Assembly (NCBI GenBank): GCA_951406725.2
Contig: OX597819.1
Coordinates: 64,356,001-64,420,000 of the forward strand
Direction of reading: 5' to 3'
Length of the DNA: 64,000 nucleotides
DNA from: Octopus vulgaris
Lineage: Eukaryota
The notes under the pieces are model-generated. The model was not told where the DNA came from and searched no databases. It worked only from the letters and a program-made list of their open reading frames with translations. A program made the translations under genes and the position numbers. Every line of letters begins with the position of its first letter. Position 1 is the stretch's first letter. Below are positions 13,900 to 28,669 of this stretch, in pieces.

Positions 13900-15015
13900 T
13901 ATAACTCTTTAACCATTCAACCGGTTTCAGCACGAAAGCTGCGGTCAGGCTGGGGCACCAACGTTGGCTTTGCCACACCTTCATTATTTGAAACTTCCTT
14001 TCTTATGTGGTATGTAGTAAACGAGAGAGTTTGATGATGCTATTTTCATCTGTATTCCCTGAGGTAAGGTAGATTCACCCGGAACCCTTAAAAGAGGATA
14101 TCCAATTTTTCTTTAATGACACCTACATCCACAACATGCAGGTTGTGGAAATGCAGGCATTTGGAAAGTTATTGTAGATCTGTGACCCTTAGAAAACTTA
14201 GCTGTTGCGTAATAAGGTCCTGTATTTTGATGGTGATGTTGAGGTCTTTGGCACTATGAAGCCGCACTCCGTTCTGCTTTCTGCGTAACGTTTAGTAAAA
14301 GTTCGTCGAGGACCTTCAAGATGTGCATCACTGTATATTTCCAGCCTTTGTTTCAGGAAGTAGAATCTTAACTTTTCCAGTCTTTCCCACTAGCTGACAC
14401 TTTTTCATTGAGACGATTTTTTTTTGTGTAGCTCCGCTGGATTGCTTCGAGTTCATCGATTAATTGTATACTGTGTAGTAACCATCGTCAAGAGCAGTTG
14501 TCTAAGCGGCTGACAATACATGTCCTGCAAGGGACCATCGTGGTTTCCTCTTCTTTCATCCTGAAATTTCGGATGATCCATCCAACGAGCCGTTTGCATT
14601 TTACTGCCAAATTGGTAATATGCACTTTACATGATGCATCACTACTCATGACCATGCTCATCTCACGCACTGATTTTGATTGAGGGATTGCGATTCCTCC
14701 AGGGCTAGTGAATCCTGTCTGCATTTCGTTCGGGTTTGTGTGCTGCTGGCGTAGTACTTGGAATATTTCAGCATTAAACTGCATGTTATTGTTCTCAGCC
14801 CACCTGTATATTCCACTGCAGATGCACAATATTTCCAAGGTTCTGAAAACACTGAGAGACCTTTTGCATTAACTACTCAGTCAGTAATAGTGTGGCTAGC
14901 TCAACAGCCTAGGGCATGAATAACAGGGGACCTAAGAACGTCTCACGTGGAACCTACTATTCGTGTTTCCTTTCAGGTGGCTTCATTGGCCACCTCTTCT
15001 TGACTTCTATCTTTT
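13900..15015 (-). mobile_element. decayed CR1/Crack-like LINE, RT 3' fragment
   Basis: Minus-strand remnants LGPLLF, WAENNNMQFNAE.FQVL, GWIIRNFR, SRLDNCS, ELEAIQRSYT. Confidence 0.75.
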
Positions 15016-16375
15016 AGAAGGTATATATACATACATTTATATAATTAAGCACACAAACATATATGTATATACACACGACTGCTTAAAATTATGGAAACAA
15101 AGATAAAATGTGTATATACATATACAAATGTGTGTGTATATATATATACATATATACATTTGAACATGTATATATATAGGAATACAAAAAAATGGGAGAA
15201 GAATGCGGAACATTCAGGCAGTTAGATGATACAAAAAAGGGACATGAAAAAACAAGGTAATTCGGAGTTTTCTTTCCTCAGCCGAATTCCAGATTATCCT
15301 TGCAATTCCAGCTGGTTCCTCTGGTCACGTGTCAGCAACGAGAGGGAGGAGGAGTAAGAGAGAGAGAGAGAGAACGGCGAAAGAGAGATTAGAAGAATAG
15401 GGAAGGGCGGGAGAGAAAACCAGAAAGGATGAAGAATAAGAGAGGGAGAGAGACAGGCAGGGAGGAAGGAAAAGTAAAGTTAAGAGTTAAGAGTGCGCAT
15501 CATAATTATTAAGATAAAACGTGTCATACTTAACTAATATTTGGCGTTTCTTGCGACTCCGTGGATTCTTCAATCATGTGGATTAGGCTTCTCTTCGGTG
15601 TGAATCAATGTTGGATTACTGGAATTTGTACATAGGGCTAAGCATTTCTTTGTGTGAATCTTCCCAAATACAACAGACATCGTTAAATTTCTATCGCTAT
15701 AATACTCTTGCCCATCGAATAAGAAGTTTAACTAAGTGAATATGAACTGCTGACATACTTTCATTTTCCATGTTACGCAATGCAGAATGTCATAATAGCC
15801 AAACAATATGAATTTGTTGTCCGTGGTTTATGCTCGAGGCCCATTTTTAAAACTTTTAACCACAATGCACAGTTTGGAAGTAGAGAGCAAAAATAAATTT
15901 ATAGTTCTAGTCGAGTAAATGTCGTTACCGTTTTCTAATTTTAAATTTGCGAATTATTCTATATTTGTTACAATTTAGCTAGTTTTGATATGATTATCAA
16001 AATGCTTCCAAGTAAGTACAGACCCAAAATAGCTGCAATATGCCTCTGGCACATGATAAAATATACTTAAACCGAGCTAAAATACCAGGTAACGTAGATA
16101 AAATGAGATATTAATATTAGATACTACCCGTAGCTAATGACAATATACACACGATCTTGCATGCCAGGTTAATATGACAATATGGTATGGTGAAGTTTTA
16201 TTCTTAAATTCTAGAATGCGTTATTCGTTAGAACTTCTTCATGCATGCGAATTTTGCTTGGTAGAAGAAACAGCCATTCTCATGAGCATTAAAATATCTA
16301 TACAAGGTTTAAAAGTACACATTTCAGAAATCCAAGAAATGTCTGTTCAAAAAATCTTCCCGTGAATATTGTAAA

Positions 16376-16516
16376 TATTCTTTTCTGCTGTAGGCACAAG
16401 GCACAACATTTTGTTGGAGGGTGTCAGTCGATTAGATAGACTCCAATACGCAACTGGTACTTAATTTACCGATTCTGAAAGGATGAAAGGCAAAGTCGGT
16501 CTCGGCGGAATTTTGG
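16376..16516 (-). mobile_element. SINE family B fragment
   Basis: aactggtacttaattta..aaggatgaaaggcaaagtcg. Confidence 0.7.
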
Positions 16517-16879
16517 AAATATTGTATTATCATTGAATGGGCGCGTTGCCGTTTAATAATTTCCAGCATGTAGGCTTCAGTTGATTGGAGTCCACAAAAT
16601 AACGTAGATAGGTTGTTGTTCAGCAGATTTTTCATTTGGTTTGGTTGTTGCTGCTTTAATGTTGATTTTAATAGGATATTTGCTCTTTGTTGTGAGAATG
16701 TGAAGGATAAATCTTGGAGTTCAGTCCAGTCATCCAAAATTAGGTTACTTTACTGGGTTACCAGCTTTTAGGGGATTGGTGTTTAAGTGTTCACGAAAGA
16801 ATGTAAGTAGGTAATAAAGTTTATTTGGCAGGTTGATAATATTTATTTTTTTTGCACCAGCTTATATTCAGAGGGGGAG

Positions 16880-16939
16880 GTCGTTATCACTTAAGCATGT
16901 CGTTATCACTTAGGCATGTCGTTATCACAGAAGCATGTC
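16880..16939. repeat. 19-bp tandem repeat x3
   Basis: gtcgttatcacttaagcat variants. Confidence 0.85.
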
Positions 16940-17323
16940 ACAATGTTATTAGTATGGAAAATTTGTTGCTCTACTTTTGTTTCATATTCACGAGATTATT
17001 TTTGCAGGTTTGATAGTTGTTGGACAACATGTCTGATTCTTGGGAACCATTTGATTAACTTTGGAAAATATTTGGAACGCCGTTAATTCTTTCATGTTTG
17101 CATATAACTTGTAAATTTACAACACATAAACGAGAAAAAAAACCCCACAAACACATTCGTATGTATATGCGGGCATGTATATATTCCTGTGAGTATATTT
17201 GCGTTCTTAGACCTATCTGTCTATAAATATATATGCATATGTAAATATATGTATATATACACACGTGTATATATGTATATACGTATATATATATGTATGT
17301 ATTTAAATATGTATATCTGTATG

Positions 17324-17395
<72 letters not shown>

Positions 17396-17399
17396 TATT

Positions 17400-17430
<31 letters not shown>

Positions 17431-17508
17431 ATATGTGTGTGTGTGTTTGTGTGATTTCTAAATGTATGTATGCATGTATACATATGCACATCATATATAT
17501 ATATATGT

Positions 17509-17568
<60 letters not shown>

Positions 17569-18113
17569 GCACATAATATATTTCTGCTTACTATCATTTC
17601 AATGCAAACCTGAAGCACACATATTGCTTATGAACACGTGTCAGCATAAGAAAGATAAGACATAATTATGTCGAATCAAGAATGACGTGTTCCAACTCGT
17701 CGTGATTTGATGCATTTTACCAATACGTGAAAAATCAATAATCTTCAAACAAATGTCGGCATTTCTGAAGTACTATCGAAATATACTCTGCTCGTAAATA
17801 TATATTCATTTTTACCCCGTATATTACATACATAACCATTTGCAAATCCATTAGTATTATTAAAAAAAAATAAAAGAAAGAACTTCTTTAAACTTCTACA
17901 CGCATATACACACATACGCTCTCACATTAATTCCATATACACATATTACATTTGACTTTGAGAAGAAAAGATAAGGTTTGAAGTGATGATAATTACGAGA
18001 GAAAGGAGTACATTTTCACATGTCTTACTCCCAATTTGTTGAAATTATGTTCATGTTATCAAAACCTGCATAAATCTCTTTTTCCCCACATCGGTGCATT
18101 ATTTGAATACACG

Positions 18114-18153
<40 letters not shown>

Positions 18154-18532
18154 CGTATAAACTGTCTCTTACTCTCACTGGCCTCATACATATATATTCA
18201 TACATACTTATATACATATGTGTATTTATTTGTGTGTACACATGTATACGTATCTCTATGTTTATCCTGTAGTATGTGAGTGTTTGTACGTGTATGTGTG
18301 TATGTATGTGGGTGTGTGTGTGTGTGTGTGCACGCGTGATAGCTATAACGATGCCTGACATCTTCGAATTGGATGATAACTTTACCCTGACATATTTCTG
18401 GCTTCACAAACGTAACATACTTTAATATTTAAAATGCGGTTTGGAATTTTATCAAATATTTATTTTAAATTATCTGTTAAGTTAAGCGTAAAAGCGTATT
18501 GCGAATCCTACACATTTTATCGGCGATGATAA

Positions 18533-18583
<51 letters not shown>

Positions 18584-18704
18584 AGCTAAAACACCAGCAA
18601 CAACGATAATAATAATGATAGTAATAAGGATGATGATGATGGTGATGATGATGATGATGACGACGACGACGATGATAACAACAACATCAACAATAATATT
18701 GTTG

Positions 18705-20292
18705 GGGAAGCATTGTAGATAAAGTTCGTACTTTCTCTAATGATGTAAAAATGGAATGCAAACTGGAAAAGTTCGCTATTTTGATAATAGAATGAGAGTG
18801 TTTTGAAGAGAACCAGGTTAATGAAATGCCAAATGGGCAAATAATGTGTTCATTTGTGGAATAACAGTGGTATAAATGTTTGTGAATACTGGAGTCTGAT
18901 GAAGCAAATTACAAGCAGGTAAAGAGTGTGAAGAAATTATTACTGTCAATGTTGAATTCAAAGAATATTTTATTGAAGCAATTAATTCCAAACCAGCGAT
19001 GGTTATTAGATATTGAACTGCAATTGTTGACCTAACAAAAAAGGGAAATGCAGAAATTCGATAGATAATCTAGAAAGCTGTTGAGTATGGATGGAGCGGG
19101 TGTTCATGAACTGAAAAAGAGCCCAAGGTTGAAGAGGCTTAAATGGTGTGGAGGAAAGACGCAGAGGGAATGAAACAACTTATTAGTTTATATGCAGAGC
19201 AAACTATTAATCGCGTTGAATAAAGAACAGATTTTCAAGACTTGAAAAGGAGAAAAAGGCTAAGAATGAAATTCAAAGGGAACACGGACAAGAATGAAAT
19301 ACAGAGAAAACAAGGAGGCCTGATGGAATCATACAGGACAAAATGAATGGTGTGATCATAGACTTTTACAATACCCTGTGATAACAGAAAAGATTCCAAA
19401 ACAAAAAGGAATAGGAAAAAAAGACTGAGGTAGACTAATTGATGCACTTGGCACAACACACACCATATTTCCACTAAGCCTCAATGATATTCGAACTGAC
19501 ACTTACATTGTCGATTTGCAGGAAGTTGTGTCCTATATTCTGCAAAAATCCCAAGGAAGATACTTGATATTTGAGGATACTTCCTGTCATAAAATCTCTC
19601 AAGGTAATATTATTTTTGCAAATAAAATTTGTCCGTGGAAGCTAAAGGTACATAGTACGATCGTGGGGTAAAAAGAATGCTATAGATTTTCCTAACTAAA
19701 TTATAAGAATTTTGAAAATAATAAACAATGACAGACAAGGAAAAGCAAAATTGCTTACTAAACGGTCCTTCATATCCATTTTATTCAAGGGTTGTAAAGA
19801 AAGACGATGAAAATTTAAAAAGAAATACAAAACTTTAAAATTTATAATTGCAAGAATTTGGCGTTTAAAAGCTGTAAATGATGTGTCAGTAATAACAGGT
19901 AGTAAGTCACTACCCACATAAATTCTACCAGGAGCCTGAGTCTAATTAATAATTAACAACAATAATAAATAATAACGATGATAATAATTATGACGATTTG
20001 ACGAAACATCTATGCTGATTTGAAGTGAGAAATATGAAGGTTGTGGTCAATGAGGAGAGTAAACGCGATATCAAAGTAATTAGTGCACTTGGAAGTATCA
20101 GCACTCACTCAACTAGCAAAATTACTGAAAAAGATTGGTACAAATGTGAAAGTAAAAAACCTACAAAAATCGACACTTCTTGGAATTTCAAGAATTCTTC
20201 GCAGGTTTATTGAAGCATGATCAGTAAGCAAGTATCACTGCAAAATAAGCTGTGAGCTTCCATTACATAATAATAATAATAATAATAATAAC

Positions 20293-20363
<71 letters not shown>

Positions 20364-20372
20364 TTATAATAA
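18705..20372 (+). mobile_element. decayed R4/Dong-clade (REL endonuclease) LINE with (TAA)n tail and an internal foreign segment near 19450-19950
   Basis: Broken frames read FSNDVKMECKLEKFA, YKCL*ILESD, AINSKPAMVIRY, FDR*SRKLLSMDGA, YADLK*EI*RLW..VISALGSI and LQKSTLLGISRILR, in the R4/Dong order, followed by (TAA)n at 20268-20372. Confidence 0.7.
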
Positions 20373-21377
20373 TTTCGGGGTTAGAAGCAAACATATAAGA
20401 TATACAAGAACACAAAAGAGACCAAAATACGACCTGAAGACTCGTACTAAATTTTGTGAATAGTTACAATGGGTGATCGTTAATCATAACAATTACGGTG
20501 TGAATTTGATGGGAATTCTTGAATTTCGAACATGTTCATATTCCACAATATTTGGTTAAAATTTAGGAAGTGAGAGGAACTGAGAGCTCATTAACATATG
20601 AAAGCGAATAGTTCGTTTCGAATGACGGATTACAGAAATTTCGAGTGTTGGTAAAAGACATCCAGTTTGTCGTCGAGAGTAATTTTATGCAAACGTTTTA
20701 TTCTATAGTGTACTATCTTGAACGTTTTATGCAGTACAGAAGAGGTACAATCATATAGACTATACAAGGGGCTCCCTGTAGATGCAGTTCTTACTATTAC
20801 GGCTCTTTCTCATATTGATGTTATGCTTCAGTTCACTCTGACATCTTGTCTTTATAACACATACAAAAAATTTAATATTGTTGGCCAATCGTCAGGTCAC
20901 AACTTCTACCTGTTGGAAGCATACTCAGAATGCTTAAAAAATATCGTATTACTAATAGTCAAAATTTATTGTTAAGCTCAGATCTCGATCAATTGTGATA
21001 TAATTTCTTGTAGTTTGGCAATTATTTTTATCGTTTGTCTTCACTGGGGATGTTGATATATCTTTACATCTTGACTGATCGGTCGATCGTAAAATTTCAC
21101 ATTCTCTATACATGCAAACAGCAAAGATAGGGAGCGAGAAAGAGGGACAGAGAATGAGAGACGGAAAAAACGAAGAACAGTGAAAGAAAGGAAAGAAGTG
21201 GGTGTGGAATGAATCAATTCCGTTTGAAGCAGGATGAAATTATATAGGAAACTTACCAGTTGCATACTGGGGTCGATCTATAGGGAACAAAGCAGGAAGG
21301 TTTAGTATGTGTTTGTCGAGAGAAGTTGGTTAATTTCTATAGACCTATTGCCGTTTCATATTTCTTTATATCACTAA

Positions 21378-21550
21378 GGCAGCGAGCTGCCAGAATGGTT
21401 CGCACTCCAGGAAGAAAGTTTAACGGCATTTCGTCCATATTTGCTTTTTGAGTTCCAGTTCTGCTGGGGCCGACTTTTCTTTCATCCTTTTGGGAACGAT
21501 AAAATAAATATCAATTGAACCCTGACCTCGATGTAATCGATTTAGTCCCT
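21378..21550 (+). mobile_element. SINE family B, degenerate
   Basis: ggcagcgagctgccagaa..gacttttctttcatccttt. Confidence 0.6.
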
Positions 21551-22439
21551 CTCACAAACATGTTGATATTGTGTCAACATTTGAAGGCAAAACTTCATTG
21601 CTTTTTTAGCAGCATAAATTTCACCTAGACTCGTTTTAACTATAAATATAGTTTCATACAAGAAGAGAGGAATTCTTTTCAATATAGTGCTATTGTATTT
21701 TGAACTCCATACAAGAAAAAATAGAATAGCAATCGCAGTACAATATGAAGTTAGGGTCAATCTGCTACAAATAAAGCAACTAATGACTTTGCTTAATGCT
21801 TTTTCAATGTTAAATTTCCATCTTCATATTATTGATGACGCAATATTCAACATCCATTTCTGATATATACCTGCATCCTGATTTACATTCTTGTTTCTTT
21901 GGATATGCGTAATAACATTCTTTCTTTACACATGCACACACATTTATAAACTATATATGTATACATACATGTGCGTGTATGTGTGTATGTATATATATAT
22001 ATATATATGCGAGTGCATATATTGCTATCTCTTAGCATTCATTGGTCCTTCTTGGTCGATTCTATCACTGCTTCTATTGTTGTTCTATCTCTGTTTCTGT
22101 CAGCATTGTCCTCCTCTGGTACAGATAAAGAGAATGAATCTTACCAACAGGCAAAAGAGATAAGTAGGAACAAAACACACTCACACACACACGCACACAC
22201 ACGCACACACAGAGGCGCACGCAAACGTAAAATTTAAGAAAATAATAATCGCACATATACAGAGAGCAACACAGAAACACTCTCATATAACGACGACCGT
22301 TTGTAGAGTGGCACACGCAGAGAACCAATTAAAACGTACATACATGCGCAGCACGTATTGGACATCTGTACTCCATTATAATGTCTGATACCGTTTTAAT
22401 CTTAGAAGATTATACTTTGAATTGTTACATTTGGCACTC

Positions 22440-23440
22440 TCACCTCAATAACGATTCACAGAGCATTACCTACTTAAATACAATCCATTTTCACTATGTA
22501 TTAAAGATGGCTGTTGAAATTCTAAAGAATTAATTAAATCTCTCAACGAGTTCGATATCTGAGAATGGAAAGTTTTAAAAACACTACATGTATAATAGAA
22601 ATCATTTCTTGAAAAATCTCTGATTCGATAATTCTTTGCAACAAAAAAAAGAACAACAATCAGTAATGTGTTCTGGTACAAATGGATGTTGGGTTAGTTA
22701 TTGGTGGTGTGTATGTATCCGACATTGTAGTTTTGATCTATTTGGGATTATTGTTAGGAAGAAAATGAATCGTCTTGTTTAAATAACAAGTCATAAATAA
22801 TGAAATAATAATGTTAGCTGCTGAAAGGCATTTCCATGGGGCTAGTTGTTACACTATTTCTGTTACAGAAATCAAATGATAGATTAATGTATATGAGAAC
22901 ACCTTTTCGGAAACCTTTCCAGATCATCATCTATTTACATAGAATAGCATGAGAAGCAAGATAACTCCATACATTTTCTGTTGAAATATGGCTTCATACG
23001 ATATGCTTCAAGTATTCTGGTTCGTACCTGAATACACATCTTTAGGCTGTATTATCTAATGTTACATCTTTTGATTATGAATATGCAGATCCCATAATCA
23101 GTTTCCGTTGCCTTTTACAGACCGGTTTTCTGTGATTGGGGAAGAATCCTTCCATTTCCGCTCAATCCATTGAAACTGAAGCAAAATATCCGCCTTTAAC
23201 GATTGTTAGAGCTTACAGACGACAGGCTATTTGCCAACAATCTCATACACGTAGATAAACAACTAGAAACTATACGAGGAGAAATATTTACTGAATTGAA
23301 ATGACTATATAAGTTGAATTGAAGCTCAGTGCACTGACGTTTAATTGTCAGTAAATAAAGTGTTGGTCCCTTCATTTCATTAGTGTAATAGAGACGAATT
23401 CCTCTATATAACCAAGCTGACATAAATTATTGGTACATCC
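22440..23440 (-). mobile_element. probable Penelope-like element remnant
   Basis: Weak motifs (YSHFNS..SPRI..RLLANSLSSVSSN) resemble the Penelope post-RT region; heavily decayed. Confidence 0.35.
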
Positions 23441-23888
23441 AAACTTACTAAGATATACAGAGTGACCATAAAATATGTGGATATGTGGCGTTGGAATGAA
23501 CTTTGAATTAGTTCCTCGCTCACCAGGTTTTATTTCGCTTCACTTCTATTCCAGGTGTATGCAAAAGGAAGTACACTCAAGGACAAAAAATATATGAATC
23601 AGTTAAAGGAACGTACTGAGTATGATTGTGATGTAATTGGGGAAAACCTAGAGTTGCTGCATCAAATTTAACACGCAAACGCTTCATACTTCGCATCACC
23701 AGGGCAAACCATATTGAAAATGTTTTACTGTAAGTAAAATACAAATATTGAAAATATACAATTTCGCCTATATTTTCAAATTTTACTATCACCCTCTCTA
23801 ACTCAACCGCAACTGTTTACAATATTTGCGAAGAACACATCATTTAAGAGACTGCAACACACACGATATGAGGCAAGATTATAAAATA

Positions 23889-24143
23889 TTGTGTTGGTGC
23901 ATAATTATAGCGGCTTTTTTAAAACAAATTTTATTCAACAAAAACAATATCAGTATTTAACAAAACATATTTAAATGACGATCTGACCGTCTGCCAAGCA
24001 AATGGAAAGCAGTAACTGAAGTAGATGGTGAATATGCTCAGGAATAATCATTTAAATATGCTTTTGTTACGTGTTGTTACTGTTTTTGTTGAACAAAATT
24101 TGTTGAAAAAAAGCAGCTATAATTATGCAGCAGGCCACCCCAA
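23889..24143. mobile_element. mariner-derived MITE
   Basis: About 55-bp imperfect TIRs: ttgtgttggtgcataattatagcggcttttt...ttcaacaaaaaca and tgtttttgttgaa...aaaaagcagctataattatgca. Confidence 0.65.
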
Positions 24144-24340
24144 TTTTTTTTTTATATATCATTTGATTTGGTTACTTTTATAATTCCCCTCTCAGACTTA
24201 TAAATAAATAAATAAATAAATAAATAAGTAAATAAATAAATAAAAGATCGAAAGTATGCATTAAATAAATAATATGCAAGTCAAAATGAACAAAAAAGCA
24301 ACGAACAGAAAAAACTTGACATGAAGAAAAACAGACATAT

Positions 24341-24735
24341 AGCGGTGAGCTGGCAGAAACTTTAGCACACTGGGTGAAATTCTTAGCGGTATGTAATCTG
24401 CAGCTACTTCTGGGTTCAAATTCTGCCGAGGTCTACTTTGCCTTTCATCCTTTCGGGTCGATTAATTAAGTACCAGTTACGCACTGGGGTCGATATAATC
24501 GACTTAATCCGTTTGTCTGTCCTTGTTTGTCCTCTCTGTGTTTAGCCCCTTGTGGGTAGTAAAGAAATAGGTATTTAATCTGTCTTTATGTTCTGTGTTT
24601 AAATTCCGCCGAAGTCGACTTTGCCTTTCATCCTTTCAAGGTCAATAAATTAAGAACCAGTTGCATACTGAGGTCGATCTAATCGACTGGCCCCCTCCCC
24701 AAAATTTCAGGCCTTGTGTCTAGAGTAGAAAAGTA
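24341..24735 (+). mobile_element. SINE family B, dimeric with two different tails
   Basis: Head plus two body modules. Confidence 0.85.
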
Positions 24736-24853
24736 AAAAGGCATACACCTCACATTACATCCAAATTAGTCCTAGTACATCACAGAGATTAATTCAGTAT
24801 ATTTTCCATGTAAGATAGATTCTGTTACAAAACCGACCACTCCAACAATTATA

Positions 24854-25064
24854 CAGGGTGTCCACAAAGTCTGGGTACATGGCGAAAATAAAATCATAAC
24901 ATAAACAATTAAATGTAAGAAATGATAATTTCTTAAAGTATGCGTTAATCCCATGTGGGTACATGGAGTAAATAAAATCATAACATAAAGAACTAAATAG
25001 AAGAAATAATAATTTCTTAAAGTATATGTTAATCCCCATGTACCCATACTTTATAGACACACTG
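24854..25064. mobile_element. Tc1-like MITE with an internal ~75-bp duplication
   Basis: 29-bp TIR cagggtgtccacaaagtctgggtacatgg vs ccatgtacccatactttatagacacactg; TA at the left flank. Confidence 0.7.
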
Positions 25065-25746
25065 CACAAAAACAAGTTGACAAGGAAAGTCACAGAAGAA
25101 ACATGGATATGCTAGAAATAAAAGTTTAATGTCACCGAAATTACTAAAGTAACGCTTAAAATAAAGGCAGATCCAATAATAAAAATTCTACGCATAAGCT
25201 GACCTGAGCTGAATCGTTTTCTGGGCTTTGCAAGAGATCAAATATTGCAACTGGAACAAAAAACATTATTACCCACAACAATGTGAAAAATTCATCATGA
25301 ATATCCATAACTATATGAACAAAATAATCTCATTTACACTAAATTACAAAATTTAAACTACGTTTAAAATATTTCTTCCAAAATCAAAAGTGATGTTTAC
25401 TTAATTCATAGACGACAAAGGCACTATGGACCCTAGGAAATTATTATAAATGATGCCCTCATGCAATTAACTTTAAGCACAACAGAGACAAAAACCAACC
25501 CCGACTTACACTCCGAGAAAAATCAACATTGGAAAAACACAAAGGAAGCATTCTGAGGACAGAGAATAAATCTGAGTCCCAAAATTAGAATATTCCAGCA
25601 AGAAATCGCTGAGAAATGAAATCAGAATTAAGAAGACAGCGATTAATATTATTTGCCTTGAACTACACGACAATTGATAGCAACGTCAACAATATTAACA
25701 ATAGCAGCTACATCTTATCATAAAAATGACAATAGATTCTGCAAAA

Positions 25747-26352
25747 TATTCTTTTCTACTCTCGGCACTAGGCCCGAAATTTATGGGAATGGGACTAGTA
25801 GTTTAGATCGACCCCAGTATGGAACTGGTACTTAATTTATCGGCCCCGAAATGATGAAAGGCAAAGTAGACCTCGGCGGAATTAGAACTTAGAACGTAAA
25901 GACAGACGAAATACCGCTAAGCATTTTGCCCAGCATGATAGCGATTCTTATTTCTTTATTTCCTACAAGGGGCTAAACATAAGGACATAAAATAAGGACA
26001 TTAAGTCGATTACATCGACACCAATGCGTAACTGGTACTTGATTTATCGACCCCGAAAGGATAAAAGGAAAAGTCGACCTCGGTGGAACTTGAACTCAGA
26101 ACGTGAGGCAGACGAAATACCTATTTCTTTTACTACCCACCAGGGGCTAAACACAGAGAGGATAAACAAGGACAGACAAACGGATTAAGTCGATTATATC
26201 GACCCCAGTTCGTAACTGGTACTTAATTTATCGACCCCGAAAGGATGAAAGGCAAATCGACCTCGGCGGAATTTGAACTCAGAACGTAACGGCAGACGAA
26301 ATACCGCTAAGCATTTCGCCCGGCGTGCTAACGTTTCTGCCAGCTCGCCACC
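25747..26352 (-). mobile_element. SINE family B, three-module cluster
   Basis: Three body modules on the minus strand, head at about 26352. Confidence 0.85.
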
Positions 26353-28122
26353 TTACACACTGCAAAATATTGCATACGGTATGATTAGATATGTCTGACT
26401 ATCAGACGCAACAAATATAGGAGGAACACTGCAAATACTTTGCATTTTCCATTTGAACCCTTAACCAGATCGTTTCTTTCGTATCGAAATCATGAACTGA
26501 ATAGACAATTCGGGAAGCTCAAATTCTGCGTTCTTGACTCTTAGATGTGTTCTATGGTTTTTAAAGAGCTTAAGCGACACACGTGACGGAAAACCAGCCT
26601 CTTTCGGAGCTGCGTGTGCTGAAAAGTCTATTGCATCAACCTTGGTACTTCACTATCACTCTACTCTATCAAACTTGAAGGTTTCACAAGCAAAACTGAC
26701 CTCCGCTGTATTTGAACTCAGAACGTAAGTAGCCCGATGAAATGCCCTCAAGAATTTCGTCCCACGTGGTTGTCATTCTGCCAGATGACTGCCTTTTTTA
26801 TACCATTGATATGGACATGTATTCTTCTGTTCAATTTCAGTTGTATATACAAAAAAATTAATCAATGCTTCCGAGAGAGTAAGCAACGCATAATGTCGGC
26901 AAGTGGAAAAACCTCGTAAACATAAAAGCCTGTGATGTATCCTATTACTACACATCAAGAACCTTTAATTTTCCCATTGGACAGCTACAATATATTATAC
27001 TGTCACCAATCAATTTTAACCTGTACCCGTACGAACTTTCGACCTTTCATAAATTGCTCACAAAATAATACGGAAATGACATCAGAGCGGTATCGTAGCT
27101 CTTCAAAAGAGACACAGGTGCAGAATATCTACATACAAAAATAAAAAAGCTCACAGCTCACGCTCCCAATCAACATATTTTAGTTACATCTGCCAAATCA
27201 ATTTCCCACTTTTTATTAGTACAAGAAAAACGACAACAATAACAACAACAACAGCAATGACGAAATAACATTTATAGTAAAATATCTCAGCAACTAAAGC
27301 ATCATACAAGATCAAAAACATCACGAAATAGTAGTTCTGCAGAAACCACAATGTAGAAAAATATGTGGGGAAAAAACCCCATTTATCTCACAAGAATTTC
27401 ATTAAGCGAGGTCAAAGGAAAAGAACATTACCATACAAAAAATATATGTGATATACATTCTCCCTTAGCATCAGATTCTTCACCACGGAGCATAACTAGT
27501 TGCAAATAATACAACAGATTGAAATTTATAACATTAGTTCCTTGTATAAAAATGATACACATATTCAAGTAGAAAACGATACACATTTTCAAGTAGGACA
27601 TCTAAAAGGAACAGGACATTGAAAATTCTCTATAACCTGGGCATGCATACTTTGTTAGTTCAGCTATCTACCTCATGCAGAATTATGACGTTACGACATA
27701 AATATATGTCACTAACTGATACGAGTGTTAGGTACACATTCTCTGCAAATGCTATGGACACAGCCCCGAATGTACAGACACGCTGATACATAATCAACTG
27801 AGAAAAGTTTACTGAGAAGGTAGGAAAATTTCATTATATACAATTAATCTTTTGTGATGGAAATTTAAGAGATTTTCAGTAACTGCAAGAGCATGACTAT
27901 AGCTTAACTTTCGAATTTATCAATTGGAAAGAAGTGTTAGTCTGCGAAATTATGGATAGAGTATTTTTTGTTTCGATACCATCACAGGTTACAACATTTA
28001 ACTGTATATAGTTATATATATACACACACGCGCGCAGACACACACACGTATATATATATAGAATAATATCAGTACATCACTTCAAAATCTGTCTGTCTAT
28101 CTCTCTCCCTCTCTCTCCCTCA

Positions 28123-28186
<64 letters not shown>

Positions 28187-28474
28187 AGTAACGGTTTTTT
28201 GCCAACCTAACACGGCAGTCTCGTTTAGGGGGCGAATGCTTCAGTAGTTTAGACCCAGAAGACAGCCTCTCCAGCTGGCTATACGACACACGTTCTGTGT
28301 TCTTATATTTTCGAACGGGGGATGTTAGCATCCCCACACAACAGAAAGCAGTGTCTGTGAACGAGACAGATTCAAGTTTCTTTCCCTTCGTCGTCACAAA
28401 GTTGAGATGGCGTTGCTAAACGCCCGTCCGAAAATATATAAGTGATACTCAATGACTGATCTAATGAATAGAAA

Positions 28475-28633
28475 TATTGTTCATAAATCTCTCAGCAGCA
28501 GCAGATATTCAGCAGCAGCATTTTAAAGTAAAGATTATTTGCCAACCTAATGTGGCACATTAGGTTGGCAAATAATAGTTACTTTAAATTGCTGCTATTG
28601 AATACCTCGCGTTGGGAGATTTAGGAATAACAA

Positions 28634-28634
<1 letters not shown>
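28475..28634. repeat. ~160-bp imperfect palindrome with perfect 21-bp arms (28534-28576)
   Basis: attatttgccaacctaatgtg-g-cacattaggttggcaaataat. Confidence 0.85.
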
Positions 28635-28669
<35 letters not shown>

